Virus record (IMG/VR): IMGVR_UViG_2645727843_000010
Length of the DNA: 19,413 bases
Strand: one strand, 5' to 3'
Origin: a virus
Lineage: Duplodnaviria; Heunggongvirae; Uroviricota; Caudoviricetes
Shown here one piece after another: positions 1 through 7,652 of this stretch (positions within the stretch are counted from its first letter, which is position 1; every line of letters begins with the position of its first letter). A program made the translations under genes and the position numbers. The notes below the pieces were generated by a model. That model was not told the DNA's origin, did not search any database, and saw nothing but the letters and a program-made list of their open reading frames with translations.

Positions 1-318
1 ATGAAAAAGATAGCTGCTATATCATTAATTAGTATTTTTATTATGTCTGGTTGTGCTGTGCATAATGATGAGACAAGTATCGGTAAATTTGGTCTTGCAT
101 ATAAAAGTAATATTCAGCGTAAACTCGATAACCAATACTACACCGAAGCCGAAGCTTCTTTAGCCAGGGGCAGAATATCTGGTGCAGAAAATATAGTAAA
201 AAATGATGCAGCCCATTTCTGTGTTACTCAGGGCAAAAAAATGCAGATAGTTGACCTGAAGACAGAAGGTGCAGGATTACATGGCGTCGCTCGTCTGACA
301 TTCAAATGTGGAGAGTGA
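1..318 (+). CDS. yegR: Small putative lipoprotein, 105 aa, host chromosomal flank
   Basis: ATG at 1, complete ORF. N-terminal hydrophobic segment ending in a lipobox-like ...IMSGC. Sequence matches my recollection of E. coli YegR, which neighbours the ogrK/cyaR/yegQ locus. Symbol is from memory, not searched. Confidence 0.7.
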   Translation: MKKIAAISLISIFIMSGCAVHNDETSIGKFGLAYKSNIQRKLDNQYYTEAEASLARGRISGAENIVKNDAAHFCVTQGKKMQIVDLKTEGAGLHGVARLTFKCGE

Positions 319-380
319 GAATATTTTTTGGTAAGCGTCAAACATGCGCGTTCTGGTTGTGCTTAGCCGGAACCTGTGCG

Positions 381-413
381 AGCACGATGCCGTTACGTGA
401 AAGGCATCGTGCT
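381..413. other. Perfect 11-bp stem / 11-nt loop hairpin (agcacgatgcc-N11-ggcatcgtgct) downstream of yegR, with no U-tract
   Basis: Inverted repeat read directly from sequence. No T-run follows on either strand, so it is not a canonical intrinsic terminator. Confidence 0.4.
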
Positions 414-476
414 ATGAAGGGAGATTCTATCGATGTGGTCAATGGAAGACGGTGACCAGGGATAGGGCTTATGCAT

Positions 477-503
477 AAAAAATAAGCCCGTGTAAGGGAG
501 ATT
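477..503. repeat. attL core, 27 bp AAAAAATAAGCCCGTGTAAGGGAGATT
   Basis: Exact 27-bp copy of the sequence at 17881-17907. It matches the P2 attachment core as I recall it. Confidence 0.85.
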
Positions 504-582
504 TAGGGTGTCACCAGTAGGGGCTTTCAACGGTACTATGCGGGTTTGAGCGGCATAAATTACCACTGAAAGCCCTTAAACG

Positions 583-1596
583 TTACTCTACTGTGGACAC
601 TGTGTGGACACTCTCGGCCTCAGTACCACCTCTTAGCGGATTAAGAGAAATGGCGTCCTGAAGGTACTCTGGCGCAAAATGAGCGTAAACCATAGTTTGC
701 TCAATCCGCGTGTGGCCTAGTATCCGTTGTAGCGTGATAATACTTCCTCCATTAATCATGAAATGAGTGGCAAAGCTGTGCCTTAGTGCATGTGTGGCTT
801 GCCCCGTTGGCAAATCCGGTTTTATTGCTTTCATTGTTCGTCTGAAGCGAGGGTAATCAGCATCAGGGAATAAAAAACCTCGTTTGTTATCCGCGATCAT
901 TTTGGCAACAGCCTCTGAGATCGGGACGGTGCGTGGTTTGTTTGTTTTCGTTTTAACAAACGTGACGCGGTTATGGATGATATTTTCTGCTTTCAAACGA
1001 GCTGCTTCTCCCCAACGTGCTCCTGTACTCAGGCAAAGAATCGCAATCTTTTTATTGTCGCCGTCAAGTGCTGCAAGCAGTAAGGCAATTTCTTCCTGTG
1101 TGAGATAGCCTGTTTCTGGTTTTTCCTCCTTAAGCCTCTTTGTCCCTCTGATAGGGTGCTCACCAAAGAATAACTCCGCTTCAATCAGGGCTGTAAACAT
1201 GCCGCTAATACATGTTAAATCACGATTGATACTCGAAGGTTTAATACCCTGACTTCTTCGGGTGGCGCAGTACTGGCTGATAAGGGATTTCGTGATTTGA
1301 AATGCGCATGGGTCATTCGTTATTTTTGTGAAGATTTCAATTTTTCCAAGATTAGATTTCCCATGCTCTTCGTGTTTACCCTTTAAATCCCACCAGATCT
1401 GTGTCAGTTCCGACAGACGTCGTTTGTCTGTTGGTTTTGATAGCCATTCTTTATTGTGGTGGTTGTACAACGTGTATTTTTCGAAAGCGACAGCTTCGCT
1501 TTTCTTATCAAACTTCCTACGGATGCGTTTTCCATTACGTCCAGTAGGGCGGATGTCCACTTCATATCGACCATCATCGAGTTTTTTGATTGCCAT
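583..1596 (-). CDS. int: P2-type tyrosine integrase, 337 aa
   Basis: ATG (cat at 1594-1596), GGAGGG Shine-Dalgarno 8 nt upstream. C-terminal region has the tyrosine-recombinase residues (...HALRHSFATH...LGHTRIEQTMVYAH...). Near-identical to P2 Int from memory. Confidence 0.95.
   Translation of the reverse strand: MAIKKLDDGRYEVDIRPTGRNGKRIRRKFDKKSEAVAFEKYTLYNHHNKEWLSKPTDKRRLSELTQIWWDLKGKHEEHGKSNLGKIEIFTKITNDPCAFQITKSLISQYCATRRSQGIKPSSINRDLTCISGMFTALIEAELFFGEHPIRGTKRLKEEKPETGYLTQEEIALLLAALDGDNKKIAILCLSTGARWGEAARLKAENIIHNRVTFVKTKTNKPRTVPISEAVAKMIADNKRGFLFPDADYPRFRRTMKAIKPDLPTGQATHALRHSFATHFMINGGSIITLQRILGHTRIEQTMVYAHFAPEYLQDAISLNPLRGGTEAESVHTVSTVE
592..611. promoter_or_regulatory. Putative Int arm-type binding sites on the P' arm: tgtggacac direct repeat, 11-bp spacing
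   Basis: Two copies at 592-600 and 603-611, inside the 3' end of int. A matching pair with the same spacing lies on the P arm at 17822-17840. Confidence 0.45.
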
Positions 1597-1711
1597 CAGA
1601 AAACCCTCCGAGTGGTACTTTTTTTTGCTACTACTAATCGCTTTTTTCGTGGTGGCTGAAATTTAGCCACCAATAGTAGGCACTTGTGATGAATATATTC
1701 ACGATAAATTG

Positions 1712-2011
1712 TTAACCAGTCTTTTGACCGGAGTGGGGCGACGTTGTTTCGTTTTGCCCAAAGTGTGCGAGAGCGGGCGCAATTTGCCCGGCTTCTGGAG
1801 CTACCTGATCAGTCATGAACCACAAAGTATATTTAGTAAATCTAGGATGTTGTAAGACCTTCATTATGGCTTCAACTCCAGCGTTTTTTGACCGGCTCTC
1901 ATAGCTCGAAAGTGAGCTGTAGGCTACACCAGTTAATTCACTGAATTCTTTACGGTTTAACCTTTCAGATTCACGGATTAGCTTCAACTTCTCCGAAACG
2001 TCTATTGACAT
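1712..2011 (-). CDS. C: P2 C-type immunity repressor, 99 aa from the internal ATG
   Basis: The 123-aa ORF in the track starts further upstream; ATG at 2009-2011 gives MSIDVSEKLKLIRESERL..., which matches the P2 C length and C-terminus (...FTKYTLWFMTDQVAPEAGQIAPALAHFGQNETTSPHSGQKTG) as recalled. Confidence 0.85.
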   Translation of the reverse strand: MSIDVSEKLKLIRESERLNRKEFSELTGVAYSSLSSYESRSKNAGVEAIMKVLQHPRFTKYTLWFMTDQVAPEAGQIAPALAHFGQNETTSPHSGQKTG

Positions 2012-2132
2012 AATTACTCCGATTGCGTAATTTCTTGCTGATAGTGTGAAATGTTGTGCTTCTGGAGTTATCCTTTTAGGCAATAATTAGCCATTAGGAG
2101 CCATTAGAAGCACTAAGGGAGAATCGTAGCAG
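2012..2132. promoter_or_regulatory. Divergent early/repressor promoter and operator region between C and cox (Pe/Pc switch), with agccattag direct repeats at 2089-2097 and 2099-2107
   Basis: Position between divergent C and cox. The 9-bp direct repeat is one helical turn apart, start to start. I could not place the -35/-10 hexamers with confidence. Confidence 0.45.
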
Positions 2133-2408
2133 ATGAATAGACAGCTTGTAAGCGTGACTGATGCCGTGCCTTATCAGGAGTTTGCAAAACTCATTGGTAA
2201 AACTCCAAGAGCTGTAAGGGGCATGATTGAGAAAGGGAAATTACCAGTTATTGAGATTACTGACCCTCAGTCAGTATCGGGGCGTGCTGGTGAATATTGG
2301 GTATACCTTCCGGCATGGAATAACGGACTAAAACTGGCTTATGAAAGCCGTCCTAAAGAGATTCGTGACGGCTGGTTGATGTGGTTAGGTCTCGGTGAAC
2401 CACGTTAA
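2133..2408 (+). CDS. cox: Cox excisionase / transcriptional switch protein, 91 aa
   Basis: ATG at 2133, AAGGGAG Shine-Dalgarno upstream. Strong match to P2 Cox as recalled (...PYQEFAKLIGK...GKLPVI...GRAGEYWVYLPAWNNGLKLAYESRPKEIRDGWLMWLGLGEPR). Confidence 0.9.
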   Translation: MNRQLVSVTDAVPYQEFAKLIGKTPRAVRGMIEKGKLPVIEITDPQSVSGRAGEYWVYLPAWNNGLKLAYESRPKEIRDGWLMWLGLGEPR

Positions 2409-2418
2409 GGAGAACCGT

Positions 2419-2589
2419 ATGAATGAGCCTCGTTGTATTGCTCAGTTATTGCGTAACGAAAGCCCCAGGGCGATTGACTTCACCATCACCCATGGTAAGG
2501 GGCGTAAGGGAATCATTATCCGCACCAAAAAACAGAGTCCGTTAAAAAAGGCTCTGACCTTTCTGAAAAGCCGGAGGGTCTGGAAATGA
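2419..2589 (+). CDS. Small early protein, 56 aa, P2 orf78-like
   Basis: ATG at 2419 preceded by AAGGAG. The track ORF at 2395 is longer but lacks a Shine-Dalgarno. Its stop overlaps the B start (ATGA). Confidence 0.55.
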   Translation: MNEPRCIAQLLRNESPRAIDFTITHGKGRKGIIIRTKKQSPLKKALTFLKSRRVWK

Positions 2590-3086
2590 CAGTGATGACG
2601 CTCAATCTCGTTGAAAAACAGCCAGCAGCTATGCGCCGGATAATTGGTAAGCATCTGGCCGTCCCTCGCTGGCAGGAGACATGCGATTATTATAATCAGA
2701 TGATGGAACGCGAACGGCTAACGGTTTGCTTCCATGCGCAGTTAAAACAGCGTCACGCAACGATGCGTTTTGAAGAAATGAACGACGTCGAACGTGAACG
2801 ACTGGTTTGTGCAATTGATGAATTGCGTGGCGCATTCTCAAAACGCCGTCAGGTTGGTGCAAGTGAGTATGCATATATTAGTTTTTTAACAGTCAGTCAG
2901 CGTCGCACTTTATTTATGCATGCCGGATTGACTGAAAAAGAATTCAATCAGCCATACTGGCGAATTAATGAAGAGTCATGTTACTGGCGTGATGCTTTAT
3001 TCCGTGCATTACGTGAACTATTCAGTTTGTTTGAGTATGCACCGACAATTCTGACGTCGGTAAAACCAGAGCAATATCTGCATTAA
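2586..3086 (+). CDS. B: P2 B protein (replication; helicase-loader-like), 166 aa
   Basis: ATG at 2586. Length and position between cox and A match P2 B. Confidence 0.85.
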   Translation: MTVMTLNLVEKQPAAMRRIIGKHLAVPRWQETCDYYNQMMERERLTVCFHAQLKQRHATMRFEEMNDVERERLVCAIDELRGAFSKRRQVGASEYAYISFLTVSQRRTLFMHAGLTEKEFNQPYWRINEESCYWRDALFRALRELFSLFEYAPTILTSVKPEQYLH

Positions 3087-3149
3087 GTAATTAACCAGAG
3101 TTTTTAACGCACTTAATCGTGCGGGGCTTCTTTTTGCCTGGAGAAAGTC

Positions 3150-3374
3150 ATGCATACAGTTTCTGAAAATCAGTGCGGTAAATACGCATTACTGCTGCAA
3201 CAGGCCAGAACCGAAGCACAGGCTGATGCTGCGACGCGCTTTTCTTCTCATCTTGACGCCATGATTCGCCATATCACAAAGGCGGAGTTATCCCGCGTGG
3301 AGATAGTCGAGCTGCTCAGTCAGGAGTCGGAAAAATTTCACAATATCGGATTGTCTCGCGGGGAGGTGCTTTGA
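3150..3374 (+). CDS. Hypothetical early protein, 74 aa, P2 orf80-like
   Basis: ATG at 3150 with GGAGAAAG upstream; synteny. Confidence 0.6.
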   Translation: MHTVSENQCGKYALLLQQARTEAQADAATRFSSHLDAMIRHITKAELSRVEIVELLSQESEKFHNIGLSRGEVL

Positions 3375-3676
3375 TGTCCTGTTCTCATTCAGTTGTATTA
3401 CTGAATAACGCCTTAAAAATCGCCGTTATGAAAAATGGCGATTTGTCTCTTATTCAACTTTGTCTTGATAAAGAAAAACGCGACATAACTGAATCTGTTA
3501 TCGCGATTTATCAGAATGAATTAAACCTCCTGTCTGATGTGGTCAATTTACTTGTTAAACGCGCTGTATTTCACAAGCAAATTTCCTCCGTGGATGAACT
3601 GACAAAATTAACGACAGAAATCGCCAGCTATTGCGCTGATGAATTTAAGAAACTGAACGACAAAAGGAACTGGTAA
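3374..3676 (+). CDS. Hypothetical early protein, 100 aa, P2 orf81-like
   Basis: ATG at 3374 overlaps the upstream stop (TGATG); the track start at 3371 is TTG. Confidence 0.6.
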   Translation: MSCSHSVVLLNNALKIAVMKNGDLSLIQLCLDKEKRDITESVIAIYQNELNLLSDVVNLLVKRAVFHKQISSVDELTKLTTEIASYCADEFKKLNDKRNW

Positions 3677-3900
3677 TGCCGGACAACGTAGATTTCATTC
3701 AGGAACAACAGGCTGAATTACTGGAGCGCCAGATTAACGCGGCAAGGGTAAAACATTGCGGTGTTTCTGCGCTGGTTTGCGAAGAGTGTGACGCGCCAAT
3801 ACCTGCTGCCCGTCGTGCGGCTTATCCGTCAGCCACGCGTTGTGTTTCCTGTCAGTCAGTCTTTGAAGCAAAAAACAAACATTACCGGAGAATGGCATGA
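3676..3900 (+). CDS. TraR/DksA-family C4 zinc-finger protein, 74 aa, P2 orf82-like
   Basis: CxxC...CxxC motif (CEECDAPIP...RCVSCQ) typical of the TraR/DksA zinc finger. Start overlaps the upstream stop (TAATG). Confidence 0.7.
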   Translation: MPDNVDFIQEQQAELLERQINAARVKHCGVSALVCEECDAPIPAARRAAYPSATRCVSCQSVFEAKNKHYRRMA

Positions 3901-4172
3901 GTATTCGTATCGAAATTGGCGAACGTTATGTCGTTACCAGTGACAGCTTTCAGTTTATTCTCCACGAGAAAAAGAGAGCGGAAAGCGGTAAAAACGCCGG
4001 TCAGGAATGGCTGGCGGTGGTTGGTTATTATCCGAAATTAAGCCAGCTCGTTTCCGGCCTGATGCATCACGATATTCTGACCGGAAGCGCAAAGTCTTTT
4101 GCTGATTTAAACGCGCAGGTTGAGCAACTCAGCAAGCGTTGTTCAGAGGCTTTTGGCTCATATGGCCGTTAA
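3897..4172 (+). CDS. Hypothetical early protein, 91 aa, P2 orf83-like
   Basis: ATG at 3897 overlaps the upstream stop (ATGA); 3' end overlaps the A start by 11 nt. Confidence 0.6.
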   Translation: MSIRIEIGERYVVTSDSFQFILHEKKRAESGKNAGQEWLAVVGYYPKLSQLVSGLMHHDILTGSAKSFADLNAQVEQLSKRCSEAFGSYGR

Positions 4173-6447
4173 AGCCTCCGGGCGTTTTGTCCCTCCGTCA
4201 GCATTTGCCGCAGGCACCGGTAAGGCGTTTACCGGTGCTTATGCATGGAACGCGCCACGCGAGGCTGTCGGGCGCGAAAGACCCCTTACACGTGACGAGA
4301 TGCGTCAGGTGCAAGGTGTTTTATCCACGATTAACCGCCTGCCTTACTTTTTGCGCTCGCTGTTTACTTCACGCTATGACTACATCCGGCGCAATAAAAG
4401 CCCGGTGCACGGGTTTTATTTCCTCACATCCACTTTTCAGCGTCGTTTATGGCCGCGCATTGAGCGTGTGAATCAGCGCCATGAAATGAACACCGACGCG
4501 TCGTTACTGTTTCTGGCAGAGCGTGACCACTATGCGCGCCTGCCGGGAATGAATGACAAGGAGCTGAAAAAGTTTGCTGCCCGTATCTCATCGCAGCTTT
4601 TCATGATGTATGAGGAACTCAGCGATGCCTGGGTGGATGCGCATGGCGAAAAAGAATCGCTGTTTACGGATGAGGCGCAGGCTCACCTGTATGGTCATGT
4701 TGCTGGCGCTGCACGTGCTTTCAATATTTCCCCTCTCTACTGGAAAAAATACCGTAAAGGGCAGATGACCACGAGGCAGGCATATTCTGCCATTGCCCGT
4801 CTGTTTAACGATGAGTGGTGGACTCATCAGCTTAAAGGCCAGCGTATGCGCTGGCATGAGGCGTTACTGATAGCTGTCGGGGAAGTCAATAAAGACCGTT
4901 CTCCTTATGCCAGTAAACATGCCATTCGTGATGTGTGTGCACGCCGCCAGGCAAATCTGGAATTTCTTAAATCGTGTGACCTTGAAAACAGGGAAACCGG
5001 CGAGCGCATCGACCTTATCAGTAAGGTGATGGGAAGTATTTCTAATCCTGAAATTCGCCGGATGGAGCTGATGAACACCATTGCCGGTATTGAGCGTTAC
5101 GCCGCTGCAGAGGGTGATGTGGGGATGTTTATCACGCTGACCGCGCCGTCAAAGTATCACCCGACACGTCAGGTCGGAAAAGGCGAAAGTAAAACCGTGC
5201 AGCTTAATCACGGCTGGAACGATGAGGCATTTAATCCAAAGGATGCGCAGCGTTATCTCTGCCGTATCTGGAGCCTGATGCGCACGGCATTCAAGGATAA
5301 TGATTTACAGGTCTACGGTTTGCGTGTTGTTGAACCACACCACGACGGAACGCCGCACTGGCATATGATGCTTTTTTGTAATCCACGCCAGCGTAACCAG
5401 ATTATTGAAATCATGCGTCGCTATGCGCTCAAAGAGGATGGCGACGAAAGAGGAGCCGCGCGAAACCGTTTTCAGGCAAAACACCTTAATCGGGGCGGTG
5501 CTGCGGGGTATATCGCGAAATACATCTCAAAAAACATCGACGGCTATGCACTGGATGGTCAGCTCGATAACGATACCGGCAGACCTCTGAAAGATACTGC
5601 CGCGGCTGTTACTGCATGGGCGTCAACGTGGCGCATCCCGCAATTTAAAACGGTTGGTCTGCCGACAATGGGGGCTTACCGTGAACTACGCAAATTGCCT
5701 CGCGGCGTCAGCATTGCTGATGAGTTTGACGAACGCGTCGAGGCTGCACGCGCTGCCGCAGACAGTGGCGATTTTGCGTTGTATATCAGTGCGCAGGGTG
5801 GGGCAAATGTTCCGCGCGATTGCCAGACTGTCAGAGTCGCCCGTAGCCCGTCGGATGAAGTTAACGAGTACGAGGAAGAAGTCGAGAGAGTGGTCGGCAT
5901 TTACGCGCCACATCTCGGCGCGCGTCATATTCATATCACCAGAACGACGGACTGGCGCATTGTGCCGAAAGTTCCGGTCGTGGAGCCTTTGACTTTAAAA
6001 AGCGGCATCGCCGCGCCTCGGAGTCCTGTCAATAACTGTGGAAAGCTCACCGGTGGTGATACTTCGTTACCGGCTCCCACACCTTCTGAGCACGCCGCAG
6101 CAGTGCTTAATCTGGTTGATGACGGTGTTATTGAATGGAATGAACCGGAGGTCGTGAGGGCGCTCAGGGGTGCATTAAAACACGACCTGAGAACGCCAAA
6201 CCGTCAGCAAAGAAACGGAAGCCCGTTAAAACCACATGAAATTGCACCATCGGCCAGACTGACCCGGTCGGAAAGAATGCAAATTACCCGTATCCGCGTT
6301 GACCTTGCTCAGAACGGTATCAGGCCGCAGCGATGGGAGCTTGAGGCGCTGGCGCGTGGCGCGACCGTAAATTATGACGGGAAAAAATTCACGTATCCGG
6401 TCGCTGATGAGTGGCCGGGATTCTCAACAGTAATGGAGTGGAAATGA
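4162..6447 (+). CDS. A: P2 A protein, rolling-circle replication initiator / nickase, 761 aa
   Basis: The track ORF starts at a TTG at 4120; ATG at 4162 (MAVKASGRF...) gives 761 aa, the P2 A length as recalled. Near-identity to P2 A over the whole length from memory. Confidence 0.95.
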   Translation: MAVKASGRFVPPSAFAAGTGKAFTGAYAWNAPREAVGRERPLTRDEMRQVQGVLSTINRLPYFLRSLFTSRYDYIRRNKSPVHGFYFLTSTFQRRLWPRIERVNQRHEMNTDASLLFLAERDHYARLPGMNDKELKKFAARISSQLFMMYEELSDAWVDAHGEKESLFTDEAQAHLYGHVAGAARAFNISPLYWKKYRKGQMTTRQAYSAIARLFNDEWWTHQLKGQRMRWHEALLIAVGEVNKDRSPYASKHAIRDVCARRQANLEFLKSCDLENRETGERIDLISKVMGSISNPEIRRMELMNTIAGIERYAAAEGDVGMFITLTAPSKYHPTRQVGKGESKTVQLNHGWNDEAFNPKDAQRYLCRIWSLMRTAFKDNDLQVYGLRVVEPHHDGTPHWHMMLFCNPRQRNQIIEIMRRYALKEDGDERGAARNRFQAKHLNRGGAAGYIAKYISKNIDGYALDGQLDNDTGRPLKDTAAAVTAWASTWRIPQFKTVGLPTMGAYRELRKLPRGVSIADEFDERVEAARAAADSGDFALYISAQGGANVPRDCQTVRVARSPSDEVNEYEEEVERVVGIYAPHLGARHIHITRTTDWRIVPKVPVVEPLTLKSGIAAPRSPVNNCGKLTGGDTSLPAPTPSEHAAAVLNLVDDGVIEWNEPEVVRALRGALKHDLRTPNRQQRNGSPLKPHEIAPSARLTRSERMQITRIRVDLAQNGIRPQRWELEALARGATVNYDGKKFTYPVADEWPGFSTVMEWK

Positions 6448-6899
6448 TGGCAAAAATTCACGAGGTAAAGCTGCACGCAAAATATTTTGACCTTGTGCTG
6501 GAAGGAAAGAAACGCGCAGAGTTTCGGAAAAATGACCGTAATTATGAGCGCGGGGACACGTTGATTTTGCATGAATGGGTGCAGGGTGTGTATACGGGGC
6601 GAAAGGTTGAAGCCCGGATAACAGATGTTACTGACTTGTCAGACTGGCTGGAAGATTATGTCTTGCTAAGTATTGAGCTGCTTAATACAGGCGCATATGA
6701 GTTTGTGAACTGGAAAGAACTTAGTGAGCGTGGTCTGGTATTCAGAATTAATCATGAAATTATGCATCAGCTCGGCCTTGCTGTTGTGTATGAACCAGAG
6801 ACGGGGATGTCTGGCGGGGCAGTGGTTGGTGCGGATGGGATATGGAACTATTCAGATGAACAGGTGGAGCGTGCACAGCAAAACGGGTGGCTTGGATAA
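6444..6899 (+). CDS. ASCH/DUF3850-like domain protein, 151 aa, at the P2 orf91 position
   Basis: ATG at 6444 overlaps the A stop (ATGA). The N-terminal ~50 aa (KIHEVKLHAKYFDLVLEGKKRAEFRKNDRNYERGDTLILHEW) resembles the ASCH-like fold. Confidence 0.65.
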   Translation: MMAKIHEVKLHAKYFDLVLEGKKRAEFRKNDRNYERGDTLILHEWVQGVYTGRKVEARITDVTDLSDWLEDYVLLSIELLNTGAYEFVNWKELSERGLVFRINHEIMHQLGLAVVYEPETGMSGGAVVGADGIWNYSDEQVERAQQNGWLG

Positions 6900-7105
6900 T
6901 GCACAGAATACCAGGCGAGATACCGCAGCATAAAACTAAAAATATCAAGCTGATGGCCATTGTTCACCGTCTACAGCAGATTATGGTCAACGAAAATCTG
7001 ACGCCCGATGAGCTGGTCGGGTGTGCCGAAATAGTCCGGGATAATTACGTATGGCTTAACTATATCGGTCAGCCCAGCGCTGCACCGCCACCACGCAGAC
7101 GATAG
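6899..7105 (+). CDS. Hypothetical small protein, 68 aa
   Basis: ATG at 6899 overlaps the upstream stop (TAATG); the track start at 6887 is GTG. No recognisable domain. Lies at the backbone/cargo boundary. Confidence 0.35.
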   Translation: MHRIPGEIPQHKTKNIKLMAIVHRLQQIMVNENLTPDELVGCAEIVRDNYVWLNYIGQPSAAPPPRRR

Positions 7106-7294
7106 AGAACGCAGCCAGCTCAGGATTGGCGGGGGATAGAATAACGAGCATAGTGATGCGATTAGACAAACAGACTGACTGGTACACTTAGGATGGTTAT
7201 AGTGGTTTCTAAGTGCTTTAGCGATACATCTGGTGGACTGTTTTACCAACCTCAGAGTTAGCTGAATTTTTAACAAAATACCATTTTGATAGAT

Positions 7295-7322
7295 TTGCCT
7301 AATTTATTAATTAAACTATACT
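7295..7322 (+). promoter_or_regulatory. Candidate sigma70 promoter for the 78-aa / membrane-protein operon (-35 ttgcct, 16-bp spacer, -10 tatact)
   Basis: Hexamers read from sequence in the AT-rich intergenic region about 90 nt upstream of the 7414 start. Weak -35. Confidence 0.3.
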
Positions 7323-7413
7323 GGACTTATACACAGTGTTCTGTTAGTTGTTAGGTTGGTAAGATATTGTGAGGAGGTGATTACTATCTTGGCATCAATC
7401 AAGTGGAGGTTAA

Positions 7414-7650
7414 ATGATGAATATATTTGAACGTATTATAGGTAAAGCTGCTATTGAAAAGGAAAGAGAACTGGCGAGGAGGCTTGAAGCATCTGGAACA
7501 AACACTGTTGAGGTGGTAGGTCGAGGCGCGATTATCACGTCTAAAGAAGACTTGGCAAGCTCAGATACAGTAAAATTGATGAAAATTAAAGCAAGAAAAA
7601 TAGTTTCTGAGCAGGTAAAGCAAGAAGAAAAAATGGCTAAAGGGAATTAA
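7414..7650 (+). CDS. Hypothetical small charged protein, 78 aa, first gene of a two-gene cargo operon
   Basis: ATG at 7414 with GGAGG 5 nt upstream. K/E-rich and hydrophilic. Stop is 2 nt before the next ATG. Confidence 0.6.
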   Translation: MMNIFERIIGKAAIEKERELARRLEASGTNTVEVVGRGAIITSKEDLASSDTVKLMKIKARKIVSEQVKQEEKMAKGN

Positions 7651-7652
7651 TA

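Noticed and set aside
884-1666. Plus-strand ORFs of 67-112 aa overlapping the integrase gene
   Set aside because: Antisense to a high-confidence integrase CDS; no homology or ribosome-binding sites.
4120-4471. Track start of the A ORF at 4120 and the overlapping 110-aa ORF at 4139-4471
   Set aside because: 4120 is a TTG; the ATG at 4162 gives the 761-aa length I recall for P2 A. The 110-aa ORF is an alternative frame inside A with no signals.
6971-7276. 101-aa minus-strand ORF at the backbone/cargo boundary
   Set aside because: Overlaps the translationally coupled plus-strand 68-aa ORF and runs into the intergenic region; no Shine-Dalgarno. It could be real if the 68-aa ORF is not, so this is a weak rejection.
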